Shown here in pieces: positions 28,879 through 37,260 of a stretch of 43,359 nt of DNA. A program made the position numbers and the translations under genes. Below the pieces are notes generated by a model. It was not told where the DNA came from. It ran no database searches and saw only the letters and a list, made by a program, of their open reading frames with translations. Numbering within the stretch: the first letter of the stretch is position 1; the number at the start of each line of letters is the position of its first letter. The DNA is from Pseudomonadota bacterium (GTDB lineage: Bacteria; Pseudomonadota; Alphaproteobacteria; Rhizobiales; Rhizobiaceae), in contig JBCBZX010000001.1 of assembly GCA_039815105.1 (NCBI GenBank), positions 1-43,359 on the forward strand. Reading direction: 5' to 3'.

Positions 28879-29223
28879 CAGGGCTGGGTGCCAGATTTGA
28901 GACCTTTCCTCAATCGCAGACGGCCAACCAATATCCAACGCAGAAGGCAAAAAACGTGACCGACAGGCTGGAAGTGATCGCAGCCACGCCCGCTGCAAAG
29001 GCGAGGCACGCCCAATTGCCATGGCGCTTGAACGGACGGCGGGCCTGTGCGACCCCCGCCGACCATATCTGTCCGAGGCGAGATTGCGACGCGCTTGCAA
29101 CGCTGGAAATGTCTTCTGCCGGTGTTCCCATGGGCAAGATTTGGCACAAAACCATTGCCAGCCATTGAACGGCGATGTTCTTTAGGCAGGTTTTGCATCT
29201 ATCGTTACCAATAAGGCCAAGTC

Positions 29224-30258
29224 TTGCTTCAAAAACTGATTATTTTTACCGCAATTTCCTGCGCCGTTCCGCTTTGCCTTGCCCTGGCGCTCATCATGTC
29301 CGACCCAAGCCGCGACCGTACAGGTGAAGGCAGCCTCGATTTCACCCAGATCAAAATGGCGGGCAGCGAACCGCCACCGCTCACATATTTTACCGGCGCA
29401 AATGGGAGCCAGTTGGGTGTTCGCAAATATTCTGCCGACCGGGCACAAGCACCCTTGGTCGTGCTGTTACACGGTTCGGGCTGGCACGGTCTTGGGTATC
29501 ACTCACTGGCCGCACGCATAGCCAATGCAAACCTGGCGGATGTCCTGCTGCCGGACTTGAGAGGCCATGGCCCGAACCCGGAGAGGCGGGGAGATATAGA
29601 TTATATCGGGCAGTTGGAGGACGATTTGCACGCGCTGATTGAGGCACAACGCTCGCCTGGCCAGAAAGTGGTGATGGCGGGTCATTCGTCCGGAGGCGGC
29701 CTGGCGATACGCTATGCAGGCGGTCAATTTGGTGGCGATCTTGATGGTGCGATCCTGCTGGCCCCATTCCTCAAGCACGATGCGCCGACCACAAGGCCAG
29801 CCTCCGGCGGCTGGGCGCAGGCGCGGGTCCGCCGCATCATCGGCCTGTCCATGCTCAACACAGTGGGCATAACCGCACTCAACCATCTCAAGATCGTGGA
29901 CTTTGCCTTTCCCAAAGCTGTTCTGGAGGGCCCGCTGGGCCACACGGCCACCCGAGCCTACTCATACACAATGAATAGGTCCTACGCGCCCCGCTCTGAC
30001 TATTTGGGTGATGTGGCGAGATTGCCAAAGTTCTTATTGGTGGTTGGACGTGACGATGAGGCCTTCGTCGCCGACGCCTATGAAGGCACATTGTCGGCGG
30101 TGAATGCAAAGGGCCAATACGTCCTATTGACGCTGTCTCGCACTTGGATGTGGCCGACGCGGATGCGACTTTCCAAGCTGTCGAAGCCTATCTGGCGGCA
30201 CTTTAAGACAGGCATCACAGGTGCTGTGCGGGCGAGCAAGCGCCCACACATAACTTGA
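29224..30258 (+). CDS. Membrane-anchored alpha/beta hydrolase with an apparent frameshift near 30130 (possible pseudogene or sequencing error)
   Basis: HGSGWHG, the nucleophile elbow GHSSGG and LLVVGRDDEAF are in frame. After ...GQYVLL (to 30129) the listed frame reads an implausible TLSRTWMWPTRMRLSKL... The frame starting at 30132 reads AVSHLDVADADATFQAVEAYLAAL*, a typical catalytic-His C-terminus with a stop at 30204-30206. TTG start at 29224. Confidence 0.7.
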   Translation: MLQKLIIFTAISCAVPLCLALALIMSDPSRDRTGEGSLDFTQIKMAGSEPPPLTYFTGANGSQLGVRKYSADRAQAPLVVLLHGSGWHGLGYHSLAARIANANLADVLLPDLRGHGPNPERRGDIDYIGQLEDDLHALIEAQRSPGQKVVMAGHSSGGGLAIRYAGGQFGGDLDGAILLAPFLKHDAPTTRPASGGWAQARVRRIIGLSMLNTVGITALNHLKIVDFAFPKAVLEGPLGHTATRAYSYTMNRSYAPRSDYLGDVARLPKFLLVVGRDDEAFVADAYEGTLSAVNAKGQYVLLTLSRTWMWPTRMRLSKLSKPIWRHFKTGITGAVRASKRPHIT

Positions 30259-30269
30259 AAGGAAGGCGC

Positions 30270-30719
30270 TTACTCGGCGGCTTTTTCTTCTTCTGCCGGA
30301 GCTTCTTCCGCAGGCGCCTCGGCAGCAGCGGCTTCTGCGGCCTTTGCATCCTCTTCTGCCTGCTTGGCGGCTTCAGCGGCGTCTTCTTCTTTTTGCTTCT
30401 TCTCGGCCAGGCGCTCCTGCGCTTTTTTGCCGGGCTCAGCTTTTTTGGGGTTGTTGCGCGCTTCGCGCTTGAGAACACCGGCCTCATCAAGGAAACGCAT
30501 CACGCGATCGGTTGGCTGCGCGCCCTTGGCCATCCACTCTTTGGCCTTGTCCACATCGATGGAGACGCGGTTCTCATTGTCCTTGGCGAGAAGCGGGTTG
30601 TAATGACCCAGCTTTTCAAGGAAACGGCCGTCGCGCGGGGCGCGGGCGTCGGCTACAACGATACGGTAATATGGGCGCTTTTTAGAGCCGCCGCGGGCGA
30701 GACGAATTTTCAGGGCCAT
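30270..30719 (-). CDS. rpsP: 30S ribosomal protein S16 with an Ala/Glu/Lys-rich C-terminal extension
   Basis: [43 protein letters not shown]. Confidence 0.95.
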   Translation of the reverse strand: MALKIRLARGGSKKRPYYRIVVADARAPRDGRFLEKLGHYNPLLAKDNENRVSIDVDKAKEWMAKGAQPTDRVMRFLDEAGVLKREARNNPKKAEPGKKAQERLAEKKQKEEDAAEAAKQAEEDAKAAEAAAAEAPAEEAPAEEEKAAE

Positions 30720-30765
30720 GGGTTTTTCCTTATGTTTGGCTTGCTGATTTCAAACGAGATACGGG

Positions 30766-31077
30766 TCAGTCCAGAATTTTGGTGTCCGACTGACCGGCAG
30801 CCCGGTGATGGTGTTGGATGACTTCACGGATGACGAACTCGAGGAACTTCTCCGCAAAGTCAGGATCGAGATTTGAGCGCTCCGCCAAGCGGCGAAGACG
30901 ATCAATCTGCTCTTTCTCACGCGCCGGATCCGACGCGGGAAAATCGTGGTCTGCCTTCAGTTCGCCCACCGCTTTGGTGATGCGAAACCGCTCGGCGAGA
31001 ATGTGAATCAAGGCGGCATCGAAATTGTCGATGGAAGCGCGAAACTCGGAAAGCTGCTCTTGAGGTGTCTTGTTCAT
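30766..31077 (-). CDS. Chorismate mutase (AroQ class)
   Basis: LSEFRASIDNFDAALIHILAERFRITKAVGELK...REKEQIDRLRRLAE. ATG at 31077 (TGATG overlap with the upstream GNAT stop); TTG at 31080 is an alternative. Confidence 0.85.
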   Translation of the reverse strand: MNKTPQEQLSEFRASIDNFDAALIHILAERFRITKAVGELKADHDFPASDPAREKEQIDRLRRLAERSNLDPDFAEKFLEFVIREVIQHHHRAAGQSDTKILD

Positions 31078-31619
31078 CAATTGGTCTTTCCATGCAGCTT
31101 GAAGAATTGTTCAGGGGGCAGGTGCCGCCAGATATCGGCTACGAAATGCGTGACGGGTACCGAATGGCGCTCCAGCGAAGCGCCAAGCTTTTTGGCCACA
31201 CCGATGGACGCGCCATTGCGTGCATCGATCAGGCTCATGGCGGTGGTCCAGCCAAGTTCGGTGTAAGCCAATCGCAGCGCGGCCATCGTCATTTCTGTGG
31301 CGTATCCCTTGCCCTGATGTTCGGGAAAGATCGACCAGCCCAGTTCAGGTTCTGGCCATCCACCGGGGCGAAGTAGCCCGCCCATGCCGATAAGCTCACC
31401 GGTCTCCCTCAGCGCCACGGCCATGAAACCAAATCCCTGCAGCGACCATGAACCGTTGGCCTCGCACATCAAATTCCAAACCTCGTCCCGATTGCGGAAA
31501 CCACCAATGTATTCGTTCCAGTCCGGGCGTTTCCAGTTCGCCGTGAACAGCTCATGGTCTTCAGTGTGCCAGCCACGCATGAGCAGGCGCTCGGTTTCAA
31601 TGACAGGAATGGTGGTCAT
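31077..31619 (-). CDS. GNAT acetyltransferase, RimJ/RimL-like (Acetyltransf_3 type), copy 3
   Basis: MTTIPVIETERLLMRGW...GFGFMAVALRETGELIGMGGL...EHQGKGYATEMTMAALRLAY. ATG at 31619 overlaps the copy-2 stop (ATGA). Confidence 0.85.
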   Translation of the reverse strand: MTTIPVIETERLLMRGWHTEDHELFTANWKRPDWNEYIGGFRNRDEVWNLMCEANGSWSLQGFGFMAVALRETGELIGMGGLLRPGGWPEPELGWSIFPEHQGKGYATEMTMAALRLAYTELGWTTAMSLIDARNGASIGVAKKLGASLERHSVPVTHFVADIWRHLPPEQFFKLHGKTN

Positions 31620-32173
31620 GCTGAGCCCCAAGATGGGAACAGTGCACTGAACTGTCTGGGCGATGGATAGCGCCAGACCTCGACGGTCTCGTCGTCGAGA
31701 ATAGTCGCACTTCCGTCTCGCCTCGCGCCATTTTTCTGCGCAACGCGACGCGACGCTTCATTACCCGCATCGACATAGGAGACAGCGCCTGCCCAGCCGC
31801 AACTCTCATAGGCAAAGCGAATGGCGCGTCGGGCGGCTTCCGCAGCCAGACCTTTGCCGCTTTGCCCCGGAACGAGCGAATAAGCGATCTCATCATGTTG
31901 CCAGCTGTCTGGGCGCCAAGGGCCGCAATAGCCGATAAACTGGCCATTGGCCTTACTCTCGAGTGCAAAGATGCCCCAGCCGCGGATGTGCCAATGGCCA
32001 ATCATCAGCGCAATTTTGCGCCAGCACTCGTGACGGCTCACCACACCGCCGATAAAGCGGGCGTTCTCGGCGTCCGAATAGATCGATGCAAATCCATCCA
32101 GATCTGTTTCGGCGAGACCTCGGAGGCGCAGGCGCTGTGTCTCAAGTGTCGGTATCTCGAATTCAACCTTCAT
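31616..32173 (-). CDS. GNAT acetyltransferase, RimJ/RimL-like, copy 2
   Basis: MKVEFEIPTLETQRLRLRGL...GWGIFALESKANGQFIGYCGP...GQSGKGLAAEAARRAIRFAY. ATG at 32173 overlaps the copy-1 stop (ATGA). Confidence 0.85.
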   Translation of the reverse strand: MKVEFEIPTLETQRLRLRGLAETDLDGFASIYSDAENARFIGGVVSRHECWRKIALMIGHWHIRGWGIFALESKANGQFIGYCGPWRPDSWQHDEIAYSLVPGQSGKGLAAEAARRAIRFAYESCGWAGAVSYVDAGNEASRRVAQKNGARRDGSATILDDETVEVWRYPSPRQFSALFPSWGSA

Positions 32174-32757
32174 TCCGCCCCCCACAGTTTCCAGTTCTCA
32201 TCGAACTCGGCGGGGTATGGATAACGCCAGACCTGCACTGGCACGGTCTTGTAGATCTTGATATTGCGCTCGAAACGCGCACCCAACTTTTCAGCCAATG
32301 CGATGGACTTGGCATTTTCCTTGTCGATGCAACTCATGGCCTCGGGCCATTCTAGCGTTTCATAGACAAACCGAAGGCAGGCTTCGACTGCCTCTTTTGC
32401 AAAGCCTTGGCCATGGCTATCAGGATGAAAGGCATAGCTGATTTCAGCTTCCTTCCACTTGCCTTCGGGCTGCCATGGACCGGCAAGGCCAACCAGCTTG
32501 CGGTCGCGCTTGGCCTCCACGGCGAAGGGTCCGAAACCCTTGAGCGACCATGACCCAAGCATGGCGGACATGCGCAGCCAACTTGCCGTCAGATCCTTGG
32601 TGCCCCCCGTGAACTGGGTCGCATCCTCATCGGCATGCATTTCGGCAAAGCGCACAATGTCGGCCTGTTTGAACGCACGCAGCACCAGCCGCTCGGTCTC
32701 GATGATCGGGGCCAGCGTCCGCACAGATGCGTCAGGATATGTCAGCGAATAGCTCAT
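32170..32757 (-). CDS. GNAT acetyltransferase, RimJ/RimL-like, copy 1
   Basis: APIIETERLVLRAF...GFGPFAVEAKRDRKLVGLAGP...DSHGQGFAKEAVEACLRFVY. ATG at 32757 overlaps the ffh stop (ATGA). Confidence 0.85.
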   Translation of the reverse strand: MSYSLTYPDASVRTLAPIIETERLVLRAFKQADIVRFAEMHADEDATQFTGGTKDLTASWLRMSAMLGSWSLKGFGPFAVEAKRDRKLVGLAGPWQPEGKWKEAEISYAFHPDSHGQGFAKEAVEACLRFVYETLEWPEAMSCIDKENAKSIALAEKLGARFERNIKIYKTVPVQVWRYPYPAEFDENWKLWGAE

Positions 32758-34352
32758 CGCTTCTTCTTGCCTCCCCGGCCTGAAGCACGACGGCCAAGCC
32801 CGGGCAGGCCACCGCCACCAAGGCCCGGCAGGCCTCCACCGCCCAAACCGGGCAGCCCACCGGGCATTCCACCTGCGATGGAATTGCTGCCTAGAGCCTG
32901 CTGCATCCGCTCGAGCTCCTCGGTGCTCGGCATGCCGGCGCCCTTTGCGCCGGAAGGGCCATCCGCACTGGCCATCATCTGCGCGCGCATGGCCTCCGGG
33001 TCTGGGCCGCCGCCCCCCATAAGGCCGCCCATCATGCGCTTCATCATACCTTTGTCTTTACTCATCTTTTTCATCATGTCCGCCATCTGGCGGTGCATCT
33101 TGATGAGCTTGTTGACTTCGGAAACCTGAACACCGGAACCCGCAGCAATACGTTTCTTGCGACTGGCTTTCATGACGTCCGGCTGGCTGCGTTCGCCCTT
33201 GGTCATAGAACCGATAATGGCCAATTGGCGGGCGAACAATTTCTCATCCATACCAGCGGCAGCCATCTGTTTGGCCGCGCCCTTCATACCGGGCATCATG
33301 CCCATAATGCCGCCCATGCCGCCCATATTCTGCATCTGGCGGATCTGGTCGGCGAAGTCGTTCATATCGAACTTGCCGGCCTGCATCTTCTTGGCCATCG
33401 CCTGCGCTTTTTCAGCGTCGATGGTTTCAGCGGCTTTTTCCACAAGCGAGACAATGTCGCCCATGCCCAAAATGCGGTCTGCGATGCGGCTGGGGTGGAA
33501 ATCCTCCAGCGCATCCATTTTCTCGCCCGTCCCGATCAGCTTGATGGGTTTGCCGGTGACAGCACGCATAGAGAGCGCCGCGCCACCGCGCCCATCGCCA
33601 TCCACGCGGGTGAGCACGAGCCCGGTCAACGGGATACGCGCGTCGAAATTCTTGGCGACATTCACGGCATCCTGGCCGGTGAGGCTATCGGCCACGAGCA
33701 AGATTTCATGGGGTTCGGTGGCGCGGGCAATGTCCGCCATCTCCACCATCAACGGCTCGTCAATGGAGGTCCGTCCGGCGGTATCGAGGATCAGAACATC
33801 AAATCCACCCAGCTTGGCAGCCTGTTGAGCACGTTTTGCGATGGACACCGGATCCTGACCGGCAATGATTGGCAGCGTGTCGACATTTGTCTGCACGCCC
33901 AATTGCTTGAGTTGCTCTTGGGCGGCGGGGCGGTTGACGTCCAGGGAGGCCATCATGACCTTCTTGCCGCTCTTGTCTTGCAGGCGTTTCGCCAGTTTGC
34001 CACTGGTGGTCGTCTTACCCGAGCCCTGCAGGCCCACCATCATGAATGTGACCGGCGCCGGGGCGTTCAGATCTATGATCTCGGCATCCGACCCAAGTGT
34101 CGCCACCAGCTCGTCATGGACGATCTTGACGACCATCTGGCCCGGCGTCACAGACTTGACGACATCGGCACCAACCGCCTTTTCACGCACCCGGTCTGTG
34201 AAGTCGCGGACAACCTCCAGGGCGACATCAGCTTCCAACAATGCACGGCGCACCTCACGCAGGGCAGCGCTCACATCCTTGTCGGAGAGCGCACCGCGAC
34301 GGGTCAGGCCATCAAAAATCGAACCGAGACGGTCGGAAAGCGATTGAAACAT
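32754..34352 (-). CDS. ffh: Signal recognition particle protein Ffh with a Met-rich M domain and a Gly/Leu/Pro-repeat basic tail
   Basis: FMMVGLQGSGKTTTSGKLA...LILDTAGR...VLTRVDGDGRGGAALS. M domain has MGGMGGIMGMMPGMKG. Tail is GGLPGLGGGGLPGLGGGGLPGLGRR..KKKR. Confidence 0.95.
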   Translation of the reverse strand: MFQSLSDRLGSIFDGLTRRGALSDKDVSAALREVRRALLEADVALEVVRDFTDRVREKAVGADVVKSVTPGQMVVKIVHDELVATLGSDAEIIDLNAPAPVTFMMVGLQGSGKTTTSGKLAKRLQDKSGKKVMMASLDVNRPAAQEQLKQLGVQTNVDTLPIIAGQDPVSIAKRAQQAAKLGGFDVLILDTAGRTSIDEPLMVEMADIARATEPHEILLVADSLTGQDAVNVAKNFDARIPLTGLVLTRVDGDGRGGAALSMRAVTGKPIKLIGTGEKMDALEDFHPSRIADRILGMGDIVSLVEKAAETIDAEKAQAMAKKMQAGKFDMNDFADQIRQMQNMGGMGGIMGMMPGMKGAAKQMAAAGMDEKLFARQLAIIGSMTKGERSQPDVMKASRKKRIAAGSGVQVSEVNKLIKMHRQMADMMKKMSKDKGMMKRMMGGLMGGGGPDPEAMRAQMMASADGPSGAKGAGMPSTEELERMQQALGSNSIAGGMPGGLPGLGGGGLPGLGGGGLPGLGRRASGRGGKKKR

Positions 34353-34428
34353 GTCGTGTCCTTCTTCCTTCAGTTGACCCTGAAGGTAAGCGCTCCGACG
34401 CGGCTATCCAAACCAACAACCGAAAAGG

Positions 34429-34457
34429 CACCCGAGGGCGCAACGCGCTGTCGGGTG
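34429..34457 (-). terminator. Terminator-like hairpin on the minus strand, 77 nt upstream of the ffh start (possible leader attenuator or end of a small transcript)
   Basis: Minus strand reads CACCCGAcaGCGCgttGCGCccTCGGGTG, followed by CCTTTTCGGTTGTTGG. Confidence 0.3.
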
Positions 34458-34646
34458 TTGACCTCCAAAGTCGTCGACAAGCTTGAGCTTGCGACGCCAT
34501 GGTCGGCAGCTGCGGTTCAGATTTTTTCGCAGAGCAGGGGTCGTTCAGCACAACACCAGGCAAAATGTCAAGTAAAACGCATCTTTTGGCGCGCTGTGTA
34601 CGCCTGCATAACCCTTTCTTTAGGCTTGGTGTGGTCAATTCCGCCA

Positions 34647-36200
34647 ATGATAAGCGCCAATGCAGGCATAGGCACCGGCCAGAACGCTGGTATAGAGCCG
34701 ACCGACGGTCGCCGACTGGTGAACCGCGTGTGGATGGCTGCGCTCATCACGCTGCTCATGTTCATTGCGTCGCTGGTGTTCGTTGTCGACTATGCGGGCA
34801 ATCTGGCCAATCGGATGACGCTTGATTCAGAACGCCGTCTTGTCGCGTTGGAATTTGAGCGAATGGCGCACGCATCGCTTCGCAATATGCGATTGATCAG
34901 CCGCAATGATGCCGTTTTCCTCTCCACCAAGGACGAGCTGGACCTGGACACGCTGCGCCCCGAAGTGGTGCCCAAGGCGTGGAACAGTTTCGGATTTGAA
35001 TCGGTCGTTTTCTTCGAGGGCAACAAGGTCAAGGCGACGGGCTGGCTGACACAAGTTTCCGCCAGAGAGCTGGACCAGCGCATAAGCGTCGTCTCGCAAG
35101 ATCTGATCGCCGATGTCAGGGATCAGTTCAACGCGGTGGCGGTACAAACCCGGCGCGGCGCGATTATCCCGATCAATGCCAAAAAACAGCCCCTTGGATT
35201 GACCAGCTACGCATTCCGTTATGTGAACGACAAATTGCGCTTGATGGTGGCGCAACCACTGCTCCCCACAAGCATTCGACTGAACGGCATTACGGGTGAT
35301 CCCATCATTGCCGTCGCCTCCGTGCCGATTAGCGACGACATGCTTTCCGATATGGAGGCAAGATTACGCCTCAATGATCTGTCCCTGAGCCCGGCCAGCG
35401 AGACGGGAACATATGCGGCCACGGCCAGCATTTCGAACGGCCCGAGCCCGGCGGTCATACAGGCCAATTGGAACCCGGTGCCGCCGCGTTTTGCGATTTT
35501 GAGAAATGTCGCACCGACGATTGCATTTCTTCTCGTGATTGCAGCGGTTGCAGTCTACATCATTGGCGTGCGGTTTGCGGCAACATTGCGGGCGCTGGCA
35601 GAGTCGGAGAGCCAGAACAGACATCTCGCACACCATGACAGCCTCACCGGGCTGGCCAACCGCTCGAAATTTGATCTGCTGATCGACCATGCCACCGAAG
35701 AGGCAGGTGCACGGCCGTTCGCATTGCTCGCCATTGACCTTGATCACTTCAAACAGGCCAATGATACATTTGGCCATGAGGCAGGAGACCATGTGCTGCG
35801 GACGGTTGCACGGCGCATGAACTCCATCGTGTCGCCTATTGGGGAATTATCCCGCATTGGTGGCGACGAATTTATGGCGATTGTCCACGGTCTGAACGAC
35901 AGGGAAGCCTTGCAATTTGTATGCGAGTCTCTGCTCGAGGCGGCCTGTCAGCCAATTGCGTTTGAAGGCAATTCGATTGCCATCGGCGCGTCGATTGGCG
36001 TTGCCAACGCGCCCCAGCACGGCAACTCAGTTGGTGAACTGATGCGCAATGCCGACGAAGCACTCTATCTCGCCAAAGATGTTGGACGTGGACGGGTGAT
36101 TTTTAAAGGCGACAATCACGCAGGGTTGGACCGCCGCCAGCGCAGCACCCCGGATCGTGCCCTTCAATCGGAAGTCCGCGTCGCAAAGCGCCAGGCCTGA
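34647..36200 (+). CDS. Membrane sensor diguanylate cyclase: TM, about 260-aa periplasmic domain, TM, then GGDEF
   Basis: HHDSLTGLANRSKF...LAIDLDHFKQANDTFGHEAGDHVL...SRIGGDEFMAIV...ADEALYLAKDVGRGR. TMs are AALITLLMFIASLVFVV and VAPTIAFLLVIAAVAVYIIGV. The first 518 codons of the track ORF (from 33093) are antisense to ffh. The ATG at 34647 is the first plausible start but is uncertain. Confidence 0.8.
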   Translation: MISANAGIGTGQNAGIEPTDGRRLVNRVWMAALITLLMFIASLVFVVDYAGNLANRMTLDSERRLVALEFERMAHASLRNMRLISRNDAVFLSTKDELDLDTLRPEVVPKAWNSFGFESVVFFEGNKVKATGWLTQVSARELDQRISVVSQDLIADVRDQFNAVAVQTRRGAIIPINAKKQPLGLTSYAFRYVNDKLRLMVAQPLLPTSIRLNGITGDPIIAVASVPISDDMLSDMEARLRLNDLSLSPASETGTYAATASISNGPSPAVIQANWNPVPPRFAILRNVAPTIAFLLVIAAVAVYIIGVRFAATLRALAESESQNRHLAHHDSLTGLANRSKFDLLIDHATEEAGARPFALLAIDLDHFKQANDTFGHEAGDHVLRTVARRMNSIVSPIGELSRIGGDEFMAIVHGLNDREALQFVCESLLEAACQPIAFEGNSIAIGASIGVANAPQHGNSVGELMRNADEALYLAKDVGRGRVIFKGDNHAGLDRRQRSTPDRALQSEVRVAKRQA

Positions 36201-36275
36201 CCGCCTACATTCAGCAGCGCAGCACATAACAGAGATTTCAGGGCCGCGCTGGCAAACCCCTCGCTGGACTGCCAT

Positions 36276-37259
36276 ATGGTGCCCATGGCCGAGCAAACTT
36301 CCATACCCAGTTCCAACTCCCTGTCCGATCAGGATCCATCTGCCACCGATGGATGGGCGCAATTTGCGCGCATGAATGGTCTTGGGAACGAGATTCTCGT
36401 CGCCGACCTGCGCGGTCGCAAGGAGCATATGACGGCACAGGCAGCCATCGCCCTTGCGTCACAAGATGCCACCAAATTCGACCAGATCATGGAAATTCGC
36501 GATGCACGCACCGACGGCACCGATGCTTACATCCGCATTTGGAACACCGATGGCTCGCAGGCGGGAGCCTGCGGCAACGGCATGCGCTGCGTGACCTCTG
36601 CATTGGCCGGAGAAACCGGGCGCTCGGACTTTACCTTTGAAACGGCGGCTGGTGTTCTCAGTGCCCACGATAGCGGCCCCCAGAACATCACGATTGATAT
36701 GGGTGCGCCGCTCTTTGACTGGCAGGATATTCCTCTGTCCGAGGAGTTTGCCGACACGCGCAACATCGAGTTGCAGATTGGGCCTATCGACAATCCGGTT
36801 TTGCACACGCCGGCTGCGGTGAATATGGGTAATCCCCATGCCATTTTCTGGGCCCCCAACGATGTGTGGGGCTACGACCTTGAGCGTTTTGGGCCCGTGC
36901 TGGAGAACCACCCCCTCTTCCCCGACCGGGCCAACATCTCCATCGCCAACGTTCTAAGTGCCGAGGCTATCCGCATTCGAACCTGGGAGCGCGGCGCAGG
37001 CCTGACCCTGGCATGCGGTTCCGCAGCCTGTGCAACGCTGGTGGCGGCCCATCGACTGGGCATGACGAACACGAAAGCCACCGTCACCGTGCCCGGTGGT
37101 GACCTACACATTGACTGGCGTAATGCGGAAGATGGCCGCAACGGCCGGGTGTTCATGACAGGGCCCGTGGAATTTGAGTGGAGCGGCAAGCTCGATCCGG
37201 CCAGCGGCAATTGGATCCGCCTGGGCGATTCTGAGGATCCGGCAATGGGCGAGTCGTGA
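36276..37259 (+). CDS. dapF: Diaminopimelate epimerase
   Basis: [17 protein letters not shown]...[10 protein letters not shown]...[11 protein letters not shown]...[19 protein letters not shown] at 36276 or 36285. Confidence 0.9.
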   Translation: MVPMAEQTSIPSSNSLSDQDPSATDGWAQFARMNGLGNEILVADLRGRKEHMTAQAAIALASQDATKFDQIMEIRDARTDGTDAYIRIWNTDGSQAGACGNGMRCVTSALAGETGRSDFTFETAAGVLSAHDSGPQNITIDMGAPLFDWQDIPLSEEFADTRNIELQIGPIDNPVLHTPAAVNMGNPHAIFWAPNDVWGYDLERFGPVLENHPLFPDRANISIANVLSAEAIRIRTWERGAGLTLACGSAACATLVAAHRLGMTNTKATVTVPGGDLHIDWRNAEDGRNGRVFMTGPVEFEWSGKLDPASGNWIRLGDSEDPAMGES

Positions 37260-37260
37260 T

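Noticed and set aside
32757-32880. Tandem DNA repeat at the 3' end of ffh
   Set aside because: It is the coding sequence of the GGLPGL-type repeat tail of Ffh, in frame and ending in a basic KKKR. From memory, such Gly-rich tails occur on alphaproteobacterial Ffh. It is not a non-coding repeat element.
33093-36200. A 1035-aa plus-strand ORF that could be read as one giant protein
   Set aside because: Its first 518 codons are the antisense shadow of ffh, with His/Arg/Gly-rich nonsense and no motifs. Only the part from about 34647, after the ffh start, has TM helices and a GGDEF domain.
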